Assembly (NCBI GenBank): GCA_964570015.1
Contig: CAZMXF010000001.1
Location: 1-54,686 of the forward strand
Source of the DNA: an uncultured Oscillospiraceae bacterium
GTDB taxonomy: Bacteria > Bacillota > Clostridia > Oscillospirales > Oscillospiraceae
Reading direction: 5' to 3'
Length of the DNA: 54,686 nt
A model generated the notes under the pieces. That model was not told the origin of the DNA. It was given only the letters and a program-made list of their open reading frames with translations, and ran no database searches. The number at the start of each line of letters is the position of its first letter. Positions within the stretch are counted from its first letter, which is position 1. Below are positions 14,980 through 25,243 of this stretch, in pieces. Made by a program: the position numbers and the translations under genes.

Positions 14980-17900
14980 GATCTTCTACTTGTTTTTGCT
15001 GAGATACGATTAATTACGCTATCTGCAATAGATTCTTCACTCTGACCTTCTGCGGCATAAACATTAACCACAATATTGTCGCCATTGGTATTAGAGCTTG
15101 GCTGCGGATTAATATTAACGGTATTAGCAGCGCTACGAACATTACTCATACTGCGGGATATGCCTGCTGAAAAATCAAGAATACTACTACGACTTCCAAA
15201 CAAATTATTGAATTCTGTTGCGCCATTACGAACATTAGACATATCAACTACCGGAGTAATTTGTGGCTGGAAGTCAAAGTTCTGATTTGCAACATCGGCA
15301 ACCTGACGCATAGAATTCTGAATTGATTCGATCAGCCGATCACCAAGACTAATTACTGATTGAACAGCAGTATTAACATTGCTCTTCACGCCCTCAGCAA
15401 GACCTGCCGGCAAGTATTTGCCTATATCTGCAAACGCTTTAGACGGCGAATGAACTTCCAAAGCACTATTCGCAGTATCTACAATGGCCTGACACATTTC
15501 TGCAGTAGCCTGAACCGGCAAACTAGCATTTGCATAAATACCATTAGCCAGACCGATATCAAGATTTCCACCAATTGTGTAAAAGTCTTGCTCGGCACCG
15601 GCTGTGGCATTAGTAGCACCTGCAGTAACTTCACTTACAGAACCATCAACTACGGCGCTATTATTCTGGATACCTTGTGCAATTCCTGTGTCAATATCGG
15701 CGCCAATTACTTCTCCTGCGACAGAAGAATCTTGTGCTGCAAATTGGCTGAGGACAGAATTCAATACTTCACTCGTTGTTTCACCGATGCTCTTCAAGCT
15801 TTCAATATACGTATCTATGTTGCTTTGAATACCATCAGCAAGCTTTTGCGGAATTTGTGAAGCCATTGAAGCGATATTCTCAAGATCAGCTTCACTAAAG
15901 AGTGAATTTCCAACTGATTCACTTCCATTTTGAATTGACTGGAAGGAAGTAATTGCATTTTTAACTGCTTCAAGATTAGCTAAAGCTGTCTCAGCACCGC
16001 TAATTCCATCAGAAAACTCCTGGAATTTCGTACCGATTGTAGACATTGCATTCAAAGTCGTTAGAAGCGTGGATTCTTTATCTCCTGCAAACAGATTTCC
16101 AATGCTTTCAAATATACTACCAGTCCGTTTCATTTCTTCCATAAACTGACCAATAGAGCCTATTACAGCAAGAGCTTCTTCAGTTGGGGCGTCTTCTATT
16201 CCTTGAATACTATCTGCATAGGTTTTTAACGCGCCACCTAACAAGCCAATATTCGTTGCAAAAGTGTTTAGGTTTCTTTCACCAGCAAACCATTTAACAA
16301 CGCTACTACCAGTTCTTGTAAGGGAATCCTGAACATCACTCAAATTCGTAGCAATTTCTATTGCTCTTGAAAGGTCGTCTTCTGACGCTCCAGAAATTCC
16401 ACTGATTGAAAATGCATACGTCTTCAAAGACCAACCAAGACTATCAATTGACTTTCCGAAATTGGCAAGATCTTTCTCACCAGCTATTGCTTGAATGACA
16501 CCTTGAACTCTCGGAAGATCCTCCTGCAAATCTGCCAAACCTTTGCCAATGGATTTAGCTCGTTTGATATCATCATCGCTTGCAGCACTACTAATTCCAA
16601 AGATTCCAAAAGCATAAGATTTAAGCCCAGATCCAAGAGCCTCAAGTTGATTACCGAATGCACTAAGATCCTGATCGCCAAAGATTTTGCTTACCCAGCC
16701 ACCAGATTCTGGAAGACTGTTCTGTAAATCTGTCAATCCTTGTGCCATTTTCTTAGCCGTTTTGGTATCATCTTCATTTGCTAAACCACTAATTCCGGAA
16801 ATTGACTCTGCATATTGCTTAAGGCCCTTACCGAGTGTACCTATGCGAATTCCAAAAGCTCCAAGTTCTTTTGAGCCCATCCAATGCTGAAGAATACCAC
16901 CTTCATCTGGCAAACTATTGTTCAGTTCAGACAATCCTTGCGCTGCACGCTTTGCTGACTCAATGTCTTCCTCGTAAACTGTAATTCCTGCAATGCTCTG
17001 AGCATAAGCCTTCAGATTTTCACCAAGTTTCGTAATACGAATGCTAAATGCTCCAAGATCCTTATAGCCTGCGATCTTCTGCCAAATGCCATTATCAGAC
17101 GGCAGAGAATTAACTAATTCAACAAGTCCTTTTGCAGCGGTCACGGCATAATCAATATCGCCTGAACAGTCTGTAATTCCGCCCATGTTACTTGCAAACG
17201 CATTCAAGCAGCTCGCTAAACCGGCAACGTTTTCCTGGAAAATACTAATCGTACTTTTGCCATTTCCAAACAAATTAACAACTGCACTAATAAATTCTCC
17301 AGCTGCTATTTCAAGAATCGCTCCTGTAAGTTTGCCGATTCCGCTAAAGTCAGCACCTTTAAGGTTCTTACAGCCATCAACAAAGCCCTGAATATTTTCC
17401 ATAAATCTTGAAAGATCCGTGCCAAGTTTTGCAAGATTAAAGCCTCCAGTCGTTTCATTCCAGATACCATTAATAAAAGCACCGATCATCCCACCAAGTG
17501 CTTTTGCAACTGCTTCCATAATTTCTGCGCCATCCTGAATTGTTGCAAGCATATCGCCCATTCCAAGATTCTGGAATAGCTGTCTAAGTCCACCAAGGCC
17601 CATTGCAAGTGCGCCAACTGCTATAAGAAATACAGCAAACAATCCAATTACTTTAAGCCCAGCTACAAACGGAATCGGAGCCAGAGACTTAATCATATAT
17701 CCACACGAAATAGCAACTTCTGCAACAGCTGTAGTAAACTTCAGAACATTTGTAAAATCAGTGTTTTGTTCATTCAGATACTTAAATGCAAAATAAACTC
17801 CGGCAAGCAACCCTGCAATCACGATAAGCGACATAATTCCGGAACCAAATGAAAGACCTTTAATGTCTTTAATCATAGTGCCAAAGGCTTTCATGATTAC

Positions 17901-20900
17901 ACCGAGAGTTACTACGCCTTTAAGAATGCTCCAGAGATCCATTTTGCTAATCGCCCACAGAGCCGCCACAAGAATGCCAATAGAAATAGCCTGACTGATG
18001 ACACCATTTGTCTTGCCATTGCCCATTGTGCTTCTGATCAGAGCACCAAACTCAGCCATAAGAATACCAATACCAATTAGACCTTTTGCTATGGCACTAA
18101 TATCCATTTTGGCAATAGACTGCATCGTTTTGGAGAGAATCCAGATTGCAGCTGCCATTTTGATAAATCCACCTGTATTAATATTGCCATTAGTAGATTT
18201 AACAAATGCACCGAATTCTGCCATAACAATGCCAAGACCAATCAGGCCCTTAACCATAGAACCAAAGTCCATTCTTGCAAGGGTCTTCAAAGGCCCCATT
18301 AAAATCCAGAGTGCAACAGCCAGCTTAATAAACGGAGCACTGAACTCAAACTTGCTTCCTGAGAACTTAGAGAATGCTGCAAGTTCAGCAAGCAGCAAAC
18401 CGATTCTTACAATTCCTTTATAGAAATCCTCAATCGGGAACTTTGTAATCACATACAGAGCACCAATCAGAATTCCAAGACTGATTGCCATTTTCAGCAT
18501 AGGAGTAGCATCAAAGCCAAACGCGTTCAGAATTGTAAATGCAATTGCAAGACCAACCAAGCCGCCAGCAATCTCGACAAGAACAATAAGAGATTCTTTA
18601 ATCTTGTCAGGTTCAAGCTTTGTCAGAACATAAATAGCTCCAACCAGAATAGCAATGCTGCCTGCGATTTTCAGAATTGTAGTGCCTATGCTGTCATAGT
18701 TCTTATGCTTAATCGTGAAGCCATTCTTCAATGTGTCCTTAATGGCATCAAACAGACTATTTATACTGTTCTTACCATTTCCGAAGAAATCAGCAATTCC
18801 CTTTGTAATTGCTTCAAGATTCTTAGAAACGGTCTTATTCTGAGCAAAGTCTTTGATTGATTTGCCGAATTCTTTAAAGCCTTTACCGAGCGAACTAATG
18901 CCTTTGAAGACAGAACTAAATGCCTGAAGCCCTTTAAACGTCATTGCAAGTTTCGCAAAACGCATTACTTTATCAAATATGCCATCCCAATCAATAGGCG
19001 GAAGCATAGCCAATGCATTCTGGAAATTCGTTAAGACATTTTCGATTGGCTTCAGAATACCGGATAGTGCATCTTGAATCGTCTCCGGAAGCCATGAAAA
19101 CGGTCCATCTGCCTGGGTAAGCAACGGATTTGATCTTGTGATAGACTCAGCTCCAGCACCTTTTCCGCTAAACAAAGATATAATAAAATCTATTATTCCC
19201 TGCCAGGCTTCAGATAATTTCGGTTTAATTGTTTCAAGCCAGGCAATAAATCCATCAATCTTTTCCTCAAGTGCAGCTTTAATCGGCTCAAACCAATCTG
19301 CAACATCAGCTCCGAAGTCTTTGAACGCACCTGTTATAATGTCAGTAACATCTTTGAATGTGGTTCCCTCTTTGAGCTTTGTCCATAAAGTAGAGAAAGC
19401 GGTTCCAAGTTTTTCAAATGCAGGTTTAGCAGTTTCAATAAACTCAGAAATCTTATCTTTTGCCGGACCAAACCAAGTAATTACAGACTGACCAAAGCTA
19501 ACAATTCCATCTTTAACAGAAGTCAGAATATCTTTTAATGTGGCACCTTCAAACATATCAAGGAATTCCTTCAACGCCGGATGTTTTTCCGCAAGCTTCT
19601 GGAGTTCCTGATTAATCAAATATAATGCGCTGTGCCCCGTTGCCTTCAAGGACATAAAGACTTTCTCAAGTGTTGAAAGCTCTTCATTGTCCTTAAGCTG
19701 CTCCATACGCCATTTGAATTCTGTGATTCTGTCCGTAATAGGAGACAGGAATCCGAAAATCTTATCTTTTACCGGAGCAAAAGCAGATTGCATGGAACCA
19801 ACTATCGGATTCAAATCGATGCCGAGTTTAGCGAATTTTTCTTTAATGAAGTTATAGGCATCAACTACTGCTGCTTTAATATTTTTAAAGCACTGTTCAA
19901 CTGAATTTGATGGGCCGATAATTGCTTCAAGTCCTTTGCCAAGACTATCAATGATTTTAATGACAGTATCGTACAAATTCAATTCGCCGAAGATTCCTTT
20001 AATAAAATCGAAAACCTTATTTAAGGGTTTAAAGATATATCCAAGTGTTCTTAATAAGAAATCAAGGAGCGGTTGGACAATAGATGTATATAGTTTTCCA
20101 AGGATGCCGATTGTAGCTCCGGCAATTTTTCCTACGGCGTTCCAAGCTGAAAAGACTAAATCAAATACTGATTTCAGTCCTTTCATGGCCTCTTCAGAAA
20201 AGCCAAGTTCAGTGGTCCACTCTCGAAATCTCTGAGTTAATGTCGCAAGTTTTTGGCCTGCTGATTCAGCATCATCAAATCCAAAAGCTTCTGAAAAAGC
20301 CTGTGTTATTGGATGAACAAGTCCTTTGATAGCCTCAACAATGTTCCAAAGAGCTCCTCTAAAACCTTCAGCATCTTTTTCAACACCGAGAAGAGCTTCT
20401 CTTCCTCCACTATCATGCCATGCTTTTAACAGGGAGTTCCTAGTATTACCCCATTCAGCAAACGTTTTATAAAATAAATCACCGACTTCACTCCAGAGTT
20501 CTTTTGCTTCAAGAAAATCGCCGATAATGTACTTAAAAGTTTGCATCCAGCCAGAGCTTACAGCATCTTTCGTCGCATCAACAACATCCTGCCATGTCTT
20601 ATACTCCTGACCCATACGAAAACCTGTTTCGGAAAACTTCCATTGCGTATTGTCAAGAGCTTGGATTAATCCCAACAGTTCATCTTTTGTAACATTTAGT
20701 CCTTTAGCATATTTTTCCCAATCTTTCCAATCAGCGCCATGCTCACGATAATAATCTAGTAATTCAAGAGCATTAGATGCTGTTAATTCTTTTCCACCAA
20801 GTTCTTCTACCTGTTGTGTTGTTTCATATAGCTTTTCAGAGAATTCACCATAGCGCTTAAATACCTCGGTCATTACTTCGGTATCGAGCCAGCCATCTTT

Positions 20901-21824
20901 AAGACTTTCACGCATGTTCTTCCAGTTGAACATAGCGTCTTCTTCTTTTTCGGTTAACTTCTGAATATAACCAGCAGCATCGTATCTACTTGGATCAACA
21001 ATTGTCGAATAAAAGTCATTTGTTGAATCGTCCCCATCTTTGGCAACCCTTGACAATTTGCCCATATCTGCAGCAACTTCAAGAACATTCTCCTTAAATT
21101 CTTTCGTTGCCATATTCAGGTTTTCAAGGGTTTTCCAGTCCTGAACTTTCATGGAGCCGGTTCCCATTGCCTGGGCTATTGAATACTGCATAGCATGCGA
21201 GACATCTGTTGGCTTTGCACCAGCTGAGGCGCCCCATGATGCAATACCCATCATAGCTGTAAATGCATCATCTATGTCAACGCCAGCAGCAAGAAACTTA
21301 CCAGCTGTTGCAACCATATCATTGAAATTATAAGAAGTTTCATCCGTATACCATAGCATTTTATCCAGATAGGCATTAATGGCTTCCATTTGCTGAATTT
21401 CATCATAGCCCATATCTGCATAATAATCTTTAGTAGCAGCCATAATAGTCTGTGTTGATTCAGCTAAAGTTGTATACTTATCCCAACCGGCACTAATCTG
21501 ATCAACAGTTAATGACTTTATTGTTTTTTTTCCAAAATTATAGACATCATCTGCTAAATTCTGAATTATTCTACTTGCAAAAGCAGCCTTACTAGAAATA
21601 CTGTCAACAGCTGTACTAAAGCGCTCCGCAATCGGAGTCGCATCAAACCTGTTCACAGCTTTTGACATATCATCAATAGCCGAGGAGTCACCTTTTAACT
21701 TTAATGCCTTTTCAAGCTTTTGCAATGTGCTTATAGTCTCTTTTGCGCCTTTTTCGAAATTGTCATTGTCTATGCGCATTTCTACTACGCGTTCGTCAAG
21801 CGTAGAAGTATCATATCTAGGCAT
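14964..21824 (-). CDS. tail tape measure protein (2,286 aa)
   Basis: Giant ORF between the chaperone genes and Dit. It has helical N- and C-terminal regions, an internal block of repeated hydrophobic units, and five ~65-aa repeats (LPxxGGxxxxxxGxKDLxxFGxxIxxLGxxLKxYAxSIxGI). Confidence 0.85.
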   Translation of the reverse strand: MPRYDTSTLDERVVEMRIDNDNFEKGAKETISTLQKLEKALKLKGDSSAIDDMSKAVNRFDATPIAERFSTAVDSISSKAAFASRIIQNLADDVYNFGKKTIKSLTVDQISAGWDKYTTLAESTQTIMAATKDYYADMGYDEIQQMEAINAYLDKMLWYTDETSYNFNDMVATAGKFLAAGVDIDDAFTAMMGIASWGASAGAKPTDVSHAMQYSIAQAMGTGSMKVQDWKTLENLNMATKEFKENVLEVAADMGKLSRVAKDGDDSTNDFYSTIVDPSRYDAAGYIQKLTEKEEDAMFNWKNMRESLKDGWLDTEVMTEVFKRYGEFSEKLYETTQQVEELGGKELTASNALELLDYYREHGADWKDWEKYAKGLNVTKDELLGLIQALDNTQWKFSETGFRMGQEYKTWQDVVDATKDAVSSGWMQTFKYIIGDFLEAKELWSEVGDLFYKTFAEWGNTRNSLLKAWHDSGGREALLGVEKDAEGFRGALWNIVEAIKGLVHPITQAFSEAFGFDDAESAGQKLATLTQRFREWTTELGFSEEAMKGLKSVFDLVFSAWNAVGKIAGATIGILGKLYTSIVQPLLDFLLRTLGYIFKPLNKVFDFIKGIFGELNLYDTVIKIIDSLGKGLEAIIGPSNSVEQCFKNIKAAVVDAYNFIKEKFAKLGIDLNPIVGSMQSAFAPVKDKIFGFLSPITDRITEFKWRMEQLKDNEELSTLEKVFMSLKATGHSALYLINQELQKLAEKHPALKEFLDMFEGATLKDILTSVKDGIVSFGQSVITWFGPAKDKISEFIETAKPAFEKLGTAFSTLWTKLKEGTTFKDVTDIITGAFKDFGADVADWFEPIKAALEEKIDGFIAWLETIKPKLSEAWQGIIDFIISLFSGKGAGAESITRSNPLLTQADGPFSWLPETIQDALSGILKPIENVLTNFQNALAMLPPIDWDGIFDKVMRFAKLAMTFKGLQAFSSVFKGISSLGKGFKEFGKSIKDFAQNKTVSKNLEAITKGIADFFGNGKNSINSLFDAIKDTLKNGFTIKHKNYDSIGTTILKIAGSIAILVGAIYVLTKLEPDKIKESLIVLVEIAGGLVGLAIAFTILNAFGFDATPMLKMAISLGILIGALYVITKFPIEDFYKGIVRIGLLLAELAAFSKFSGSKFEFSAPFIKLAVALWILMGPLKTLARMDFGSMVKGLIGLGIVMAEFGAFVKSTNGNINTGGFIKMAAAIWILSKTMQSIAKMDISAIAKGLIGIGILMAEFGALIRSTMGNGKTNGVISQAISIGILVAALWAISKMDLWSILKGVVTLGVIMKAFGTMIKDIKGLSFGSGIMSLIVIAGLLAGVYFAFKYLNEQNTDFTNVLKFTTAVAEVAISCGYMIKSLAPIPFVAGLKVIGLFAVFLIAVGALAMGLGGLRQLFQNLGMGDMLATIQDGAEIMEAVAKALGGMIGAFINGIWNETTGGFNLAKLGTDLSRFMENIQGFVDGCKNLKGADFSGIGKLTGAILEIAAGEFISAVVNLFGNGKSTISIFQENVAGLASCLNAFASNMGGITDCSGDIDYAVTAAKGLVELVNSLPSDNGIWQKIAGYKDLGAFSIRITKLGENLKAYAQSIAGITVYEEDIESAKRAAQGLSELNNSLPDEGGILQHWMGSKELGAFGIRIGTLGKGLKQYAESISGISGLANEDDTKTAKKMAQGLTDLQNSLPESGGWVSKIFGDQDLSAFGNQLEALGSGLKSYAFGIFGISSAASDDDIKRAKSIGKGLADLQEDLPRVQGVIQAIAGEKDLANFGKSIDSLGWSLKTYAFSISGISGASEDDLSRAIEIATNLSDVQDSLTRTGSSVVKWFAGERNLNTFATNIGLLGGALKTYADSIQGIEDAPTEEALAVIGSIGQFMEEMKRTGSIFESIGNLFAGDKESTLLTTLNAMSTIGTKFQEFSDGISGAETALANLEAVKNAITSFQSIQNGSESVGNSLFSEADLENIASMASQIPQKLADGIQSNIDTYIESLKSIGETTSEVLNSVLSQFAAQDSSVAGEVIGADIDTGIAQGIQNNSAVVDGSVSEVTAGATNATAGAEQDFYTIGGNLDIGLANGIYANASLPVQATAEMCQAIVDTANSALEVHSPSKAFADIGKYLPAGLAEGVKSNVNTAVQSVISLGDRLIESIQNSMRQVADVANQNFDFQPQITPVVDMSNVRNGATEFNNLFGSRSSILDFSAGISRSMSNVRSAANTVNINPQPSSNTNGDNIVVNVYAAEGQSEESIADSVINRISAKTSRRSVAFG

Positions 21825-22197
21825 CCTTCGTGACCTCCTTCCAGGCTCGATCTGCTATTTCATCAAAAATTGGCTGAATGGTAGGATCTATAAAATGCCT
21901 ACCTTCAATCCAAGCGCCGCGTCCATTACCATGCCCTCGATCGAGCAGAATAACGATGCAATTCCCTTTAACAACGTTTGTGTTCTTATAAATAAGAGAA
22001 ATACTTCCCGGAGACTTCTGAATCTCATAAGTCCATGACGCAGCTGTTTTTCCTGTTCTTACAGGAGTAACGGAGATGAGAGCTTTAAGTCCCACCTCCG
22101 CATATCGTCTTAAAATACTATTGAAATCCAGCTTTAAAGCACGCTTCAGGAAACTTTCAGTATTCTTGAAATCTCCTTTAACAACATACCGGATCAT
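21817..22197 (-). CDS. HK97 gp10-like tail component
   Basis: 126 aa. Contains ..GLKALISVTPVRTGKTAASW.., which resembles the gp10-family core. Confidence 0.5.
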   Translation of the reverse strand: MIRYVVKGDFKNTESFLKRALKLDFNSILRRYAEVGLKALISVTPVRTGKTAASWTYEIQKSPGSISLIYKNTNVVKGNCIVILLDRGHGNGRGAWIEGRHFIDPTIQPIFDEIADRAWKEVTKDA

Positions 22198-22209
22198 AGT
22201 ATTCTCCTT

Positions 22210-22791
22210 TTATCCATTCGTATGGAACATTTCCCTTCTACGGGCATTTTCTGCTGCTATACGATTAATGGCATCTCTTTCGGCCCTCTTGCCTTTTTTC
22301 TTCGGCGCTTGCTTCTCTTTCTCAATAGAAGCCACCTGAATAAGAGCCATCAAGTGGTTGTAATGCCACTTCTGGCAAGGGTCGAAAGGTATATTTAATT
22401 CAGTCATCCAGTAGTAAACTATCTCATTTGTGATAATTTGCTTTCTGGATGACTTCTGTTCTTTCTTCTTAAAAGTTGTTCCGGTCATTGGATCTTCAAT
22501 GTAATTGCGAATCTGATTTACAGCTTTCTGGTCAAGAGCATAAAAAACCGTATCATCAACGCCATTCGTAAGACACATACAGCGAATATAATCGCGCATT
22601 TTCTCTTCGATTTCAGGTGTTGGCTTGCGCACATTTATCATTGACATGAACGATTCATGCCATCTTGCTTCCCATTTTGAAATGCTGAGAAGCGAATGCT
22701 CAAAGGTCAGAGTCTTTTCAGAAACTGTAATAAATCGTCTTGCTTTATGATCGTAAAGTTCCTGGGCCGGAATCTGAATTATTAAAGGCAC
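22210..22791 (-). CDS. tail assembly chaperone-like protein (position-based)
   Basis: 193 aa with a GTG start. It is in the same frame as the upstream ORF but separated from it by TGA TGA CGT. The C-terminus is basic. Confidence 0.5.
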   Translation of the reverse strand: MPLIIQIPAQELYDHKARRFITVSEKTLTFEHSLLSISKWEARWHESFMSMINVRKPTPEIEEKMRDYIRCMCLTNGVDDTVFYALDQKAVNQIRNYIEDPMTGTTFKKKEQKSSRKQIITNEIVYYWMTELNIPFDPCQKWHYNHLMALIQVASIEKEKQAPKKKGKRAERDAINRIAAENARRREMFHTNG

Positions 22792-22797
22792 ACGTCA

Positions 22798-23274
22798 TCA
22801 GCCCTTTGAGGTAATCTCATAGAGGGTCGGAGCCTGTTCCTTCATTGCTTCTTTAGCATCTTCCTCCTTCAGCCCTTCGGGAAGCGGAGGCATCACACCT
22901 TTTGTGAACTCTTCAAGAGATTCTTCACCGGTCAGAAGTGCCCAGACATAGGTTTTGTATGCAAGAGACTGCTTGAAACGATTGGAGTACGGACGATTAT
23001 TCTCGTCATATTTCAGGAACAGAGTTGGATCATCTTTCGGACGAATACCGAAGGACTTCTCAACCATCATGCTGACAAAATCAACGACCGGCTTCCGGGG
23101 AGGCTCGCCATTGATCTTCTCTTCCATGAGGGCGTTCAGCCGGCCAATCAGTCCGCCTTCTTTTTCATATTCCAGATTGAGGTCCATAATTTCCTGCGGC
23201 TCAAAGCTGAAATACGCAGTTACTTCAGTGTCTTTACCGTCATAGTCCTTGAACTTGATAACTTTCTTAAGCAT
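22798..23274 (-). CDS. tail assembly chaperone (position-based)
   Basis: 158-aa acidic protein directly after the major tail gene, with RBS AAAGGAGAG. Confidence 0.55.
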   Translation of the reverse strand: MLKKVIKFKDYDGKDTEVTAYFSFEPQEIMDLNLEYEKEGGLIGRLNALMEEKINGEPPRKPVVDFVSMMVEKSFGIRPKDDPTLFLKYDENNRPYSNRFKQSLAYKTYVWALLTGEESLEEFTKGVMPPLPEGLKEEDAKEAMKEQAPTLYEITSKG

Positions 23275-23291
23275 TTTCTAAGCTCTCCTTT

Positions 23292-23331
23292 CAAAAATAA
23301 AAAGGGCAGCCCTTTCTCAGAGAGCTGCCCT
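23292..23331 (-). terminator. intrinsic terminator after major tail gene
   Basis: AGGGCAGC (23303-23310) pairs with GCTGCCCT (23324-23331), followed on the minus strand by TTTTTATTTTT. Confidence 0.65.
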
Positions 23332-23348
23332 AAAAATATTAGTGCGTA

Positions 23349-24176
23349 TTAGCCATTAGAAACCGTCAGAAGAGAAATTACTTCATCAGGAAGCGGAAGA
23401 CGTGCAGTTGTTGCGCCAGTGTAGCTCACCGTATAATAAGTCTTCTGGCTGTTATAGGTTGTGTCAGTCGTCTTAGTATAGACATAGTTCGGATCAGTAC
23501 CGGTTCTCTCATAGTAGTCCGTTCCTTCAACGAACGCACTGCCGCTGAATTCAGTGTAAGTCGGAGCGCCATCCGTGCCGTACAGAATGTCTTCGAAAGC
23601 AGCAAGAGCAGCCCTCTGAGCTTCTGTCTTGAACTTGGTAGAGTCGATTTCCATGTGAGCGGTGGCTTTGTGGCCAGTCACGTTCACAGGAATAGTATCG
23701 AATTCCCAGCTGAAGGGTTCCGGTTCAGGAGACTCGTTAATAGTTTCATGAGTCTCTTCAGACGGAGAAACGGTGCAGCCCCAGACCAGGTTGATCTTGT
23801 AGCCATAGTCCTGGAAGTCAACATCGTTACCAAGAGAAGTCTTGTAAGCGAAGCCGAATGCCTTACGAGCCTGCTGGCCGATCGTAACGCCATTCACAAC
23901 TTCAACTTCACCATTACAGGCTTTGAATTCATCCGGATAATAGAAAGCTTCAATTGTGCCCTTGAAGTTTTCAACAGAACGGATGGAAAGGTATTTAATA
24001 TCATCAGCATAGATATCGTTGGACTCAGCGCCATCAGGAGACTCCTGGACAGAGCTCAGACCGTTCCATGCCACACCATTCGGGTAGACATTGTTTTCAA
24101 TAGGATAGAGAACGCCATTACGGACGCCGATCTCAAAGAAATGTTCACCAACGGCATCCCATACGAGTTTAGCCAT
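23349..24176 (-). CDS. major tail protein
   Basis: 275 aa. The N-terminus MAKLVWDAVGEHFFEIGVRNGVLYP...NGLSSVQESP is typical of phi13/TP901-type major tail proteins. A strong terminator follows. Confidence 0.75.
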   Translation of the reverse strand: MAKLVWDAVGEHFFEIGVRNGVLYPIENNVYPNGVAWNGLSSVQESPDGAESNDIYADDIKYLSIRSVENFKGTIEAFYYPDEFKACNGEVEVVNGVTIGQQARKAFGFAYKTSLGNDVDFQDYGYKINLVWGCTVSPSEETHETINESPEPEPFSWEFDTIPVNVTGHKATAHMEIDSTKFKTEAQRAALAAFEDILYGTDGAPTYTEFSGSAFVEGTDYYERTGTDPNYVYTKTTDTTYNSQKTYYTVSYTGATTARLPLPDEVISLLTVSNG

Positions 24177-24191
24177 TATTGTTACCTCCGT

Positions 24192-24518
24192 TTAGTAATA
24201 AATGGTAAATGGAAAGTGGTATAAATTATCAGCCACGTACTGTTTTCCGGGCTTACAGAATTTAAAACGGGTTTGAATTTCTCTTGGAAGTGCTGCGTCA
24301 GGATCCTGCGTGATTGCAATAACCTCATACTGATCTCGAATAAAGTGACTCTGATCATCAGCGTACTGAACACCAAAAGACGTACGCTTATAGACGATCG
24401 CATCATATTTCATTCGAACAGCTTCGGTTGGCTGAAAATAGAGATGCTCTGTTTCATAGCCATATAGATCAGTCAGCAGTTCTCTAAATTCGGCATCAAG
24501 TTTCAGGCGTCGGTCCAT
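24192..24518 (-). CDS. head-tail joining / tail terminator-like protein
   Basis: Start reassigned to ATG 24518 (GGAGG 8 nt upstream). 108 aa, in the head-tail connector block. Confidence 0.5.
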   Translation of the reverse strand: MDRRLKLDAEFRELLTDLYGYETEHLYFQPTEAVRMKYDAIVYKRTSFGVQYADDQSHFIRDQYEVIAITQDPDAALPREIQTRFKFCKPGKQYVADNLYHFPFTIYY

Positions 24519-24825
24519 TGTAGACACCTCCAATAGAAATTCTGAGTCTCGGATGCTCCACCATGACATTCTGGACTTCCCAGCGGGCACCCATAAACTC
24601 AACATATTTCATGGAAGAAAAGTGATTCAAGGCGTATGGATCTGCGACAATGCTGATGGCATTAGAAATGGTAAAATCATCAGCCACAGAGTCAGCCTGC
24701 TTCTGCTTCATATAGTTCTTATACAGGTCGCCGGCGTAAGTACGCTCTTCAATAACCGGAACGTATACACTCGGACGAATCTCTTGTTGCGTAGCGAAGC
24801 CGATTTTTCCATAGAATTTCGCCAT
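24496..24825 (-). CDS. head-tail joining protein
   Basis: Starts MAKFYGKIGF.. at 24825. The gene is preceded by the mini-ORF MEGK*. Confidence 0.5.
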   Translation of the reverse strand: MAKFYGKIGFATQQEIRPSVYVPVIEERTYAGDLYKNYMKQKQADSVADDFTISNAISIVADPYALNHFSSMKYVEFMGARWEVQNVMVEHPRLRISIGGVYNGPTPET

Positions 24826-24856
24826 TGAAGTCACTTCCCTTCCATTTTGAATTGTT

Positions 24857-25243
24857 TTATGCCAAGATCAGGCCATTGAGCCTATACTCCTTGGAAACAG
24901 GTTCAGAACCAGTCTTAGTCGCGGTAAACTTAATCTTCTGTGTTGTATTCTTGATACGTATAACAATAATTCCATCGGCATCGAGTGTAGACGGACCATG
25001 GTCACCGCCAACAACCTCTGCTGTAATAGTAACGCCTTCGACATCCGGAACTTCAGCATGCAGACAAATAAAGTGTCCGGTCTTCTCGTCAGGACCGAAT
25101 GCAGAAGAATAGTCATCAATGTAGTTCAGTGTACCACCAATACCGCCATCTCCAACAGTTACGTTGCTCTGAAGATCCGCGATGACTTTGCCAAACAGAT
25201 CTTCATCGGCAGCAACGTCGGTATCAACTGTCAGAGCGATCAA
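24857..25243 (-). CDS. hypothetical head-associated protein
   Basis: 128 aa. The TTG start overlaps the capsid gene stop (TTGA). Confidence 0.5.
   Translation of the reverse strand: MIALTVDTDVAADEDLFGKVIADLQSNVTVGDGGIGGTLNYIDDYSSAFGPDEKTGHFICLHAEVPDVEGVTITAEVVGGDHGPSTLDADGIIVIRIKNTTQKIKFTATKTGSEPVSKEYRLNGLILA

Noticed and set aside
22795-22815. Canonical-looking slippery heptamer A_AAG_GGC at the end of the first tail chaperone gene, suggesting the usual G/GT -1 frameshift.
   Set aside because: After a -1 slip the frame closes after ~19 codons (..TCA TAA). The next ORF (22210-22791) is in the same frame as the first, separated by TGA TGA CGT. No frameshift fusion product can therefore join them. 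At most a short C-terminal extension could form.
22210-23274. Stop-codon readthrough joining the two in-frame chaperone ORFs.
   Set aside because: Two consecutive TGA codons separate them, which makes readthrough implausible. The second ORF has its own GTG start.
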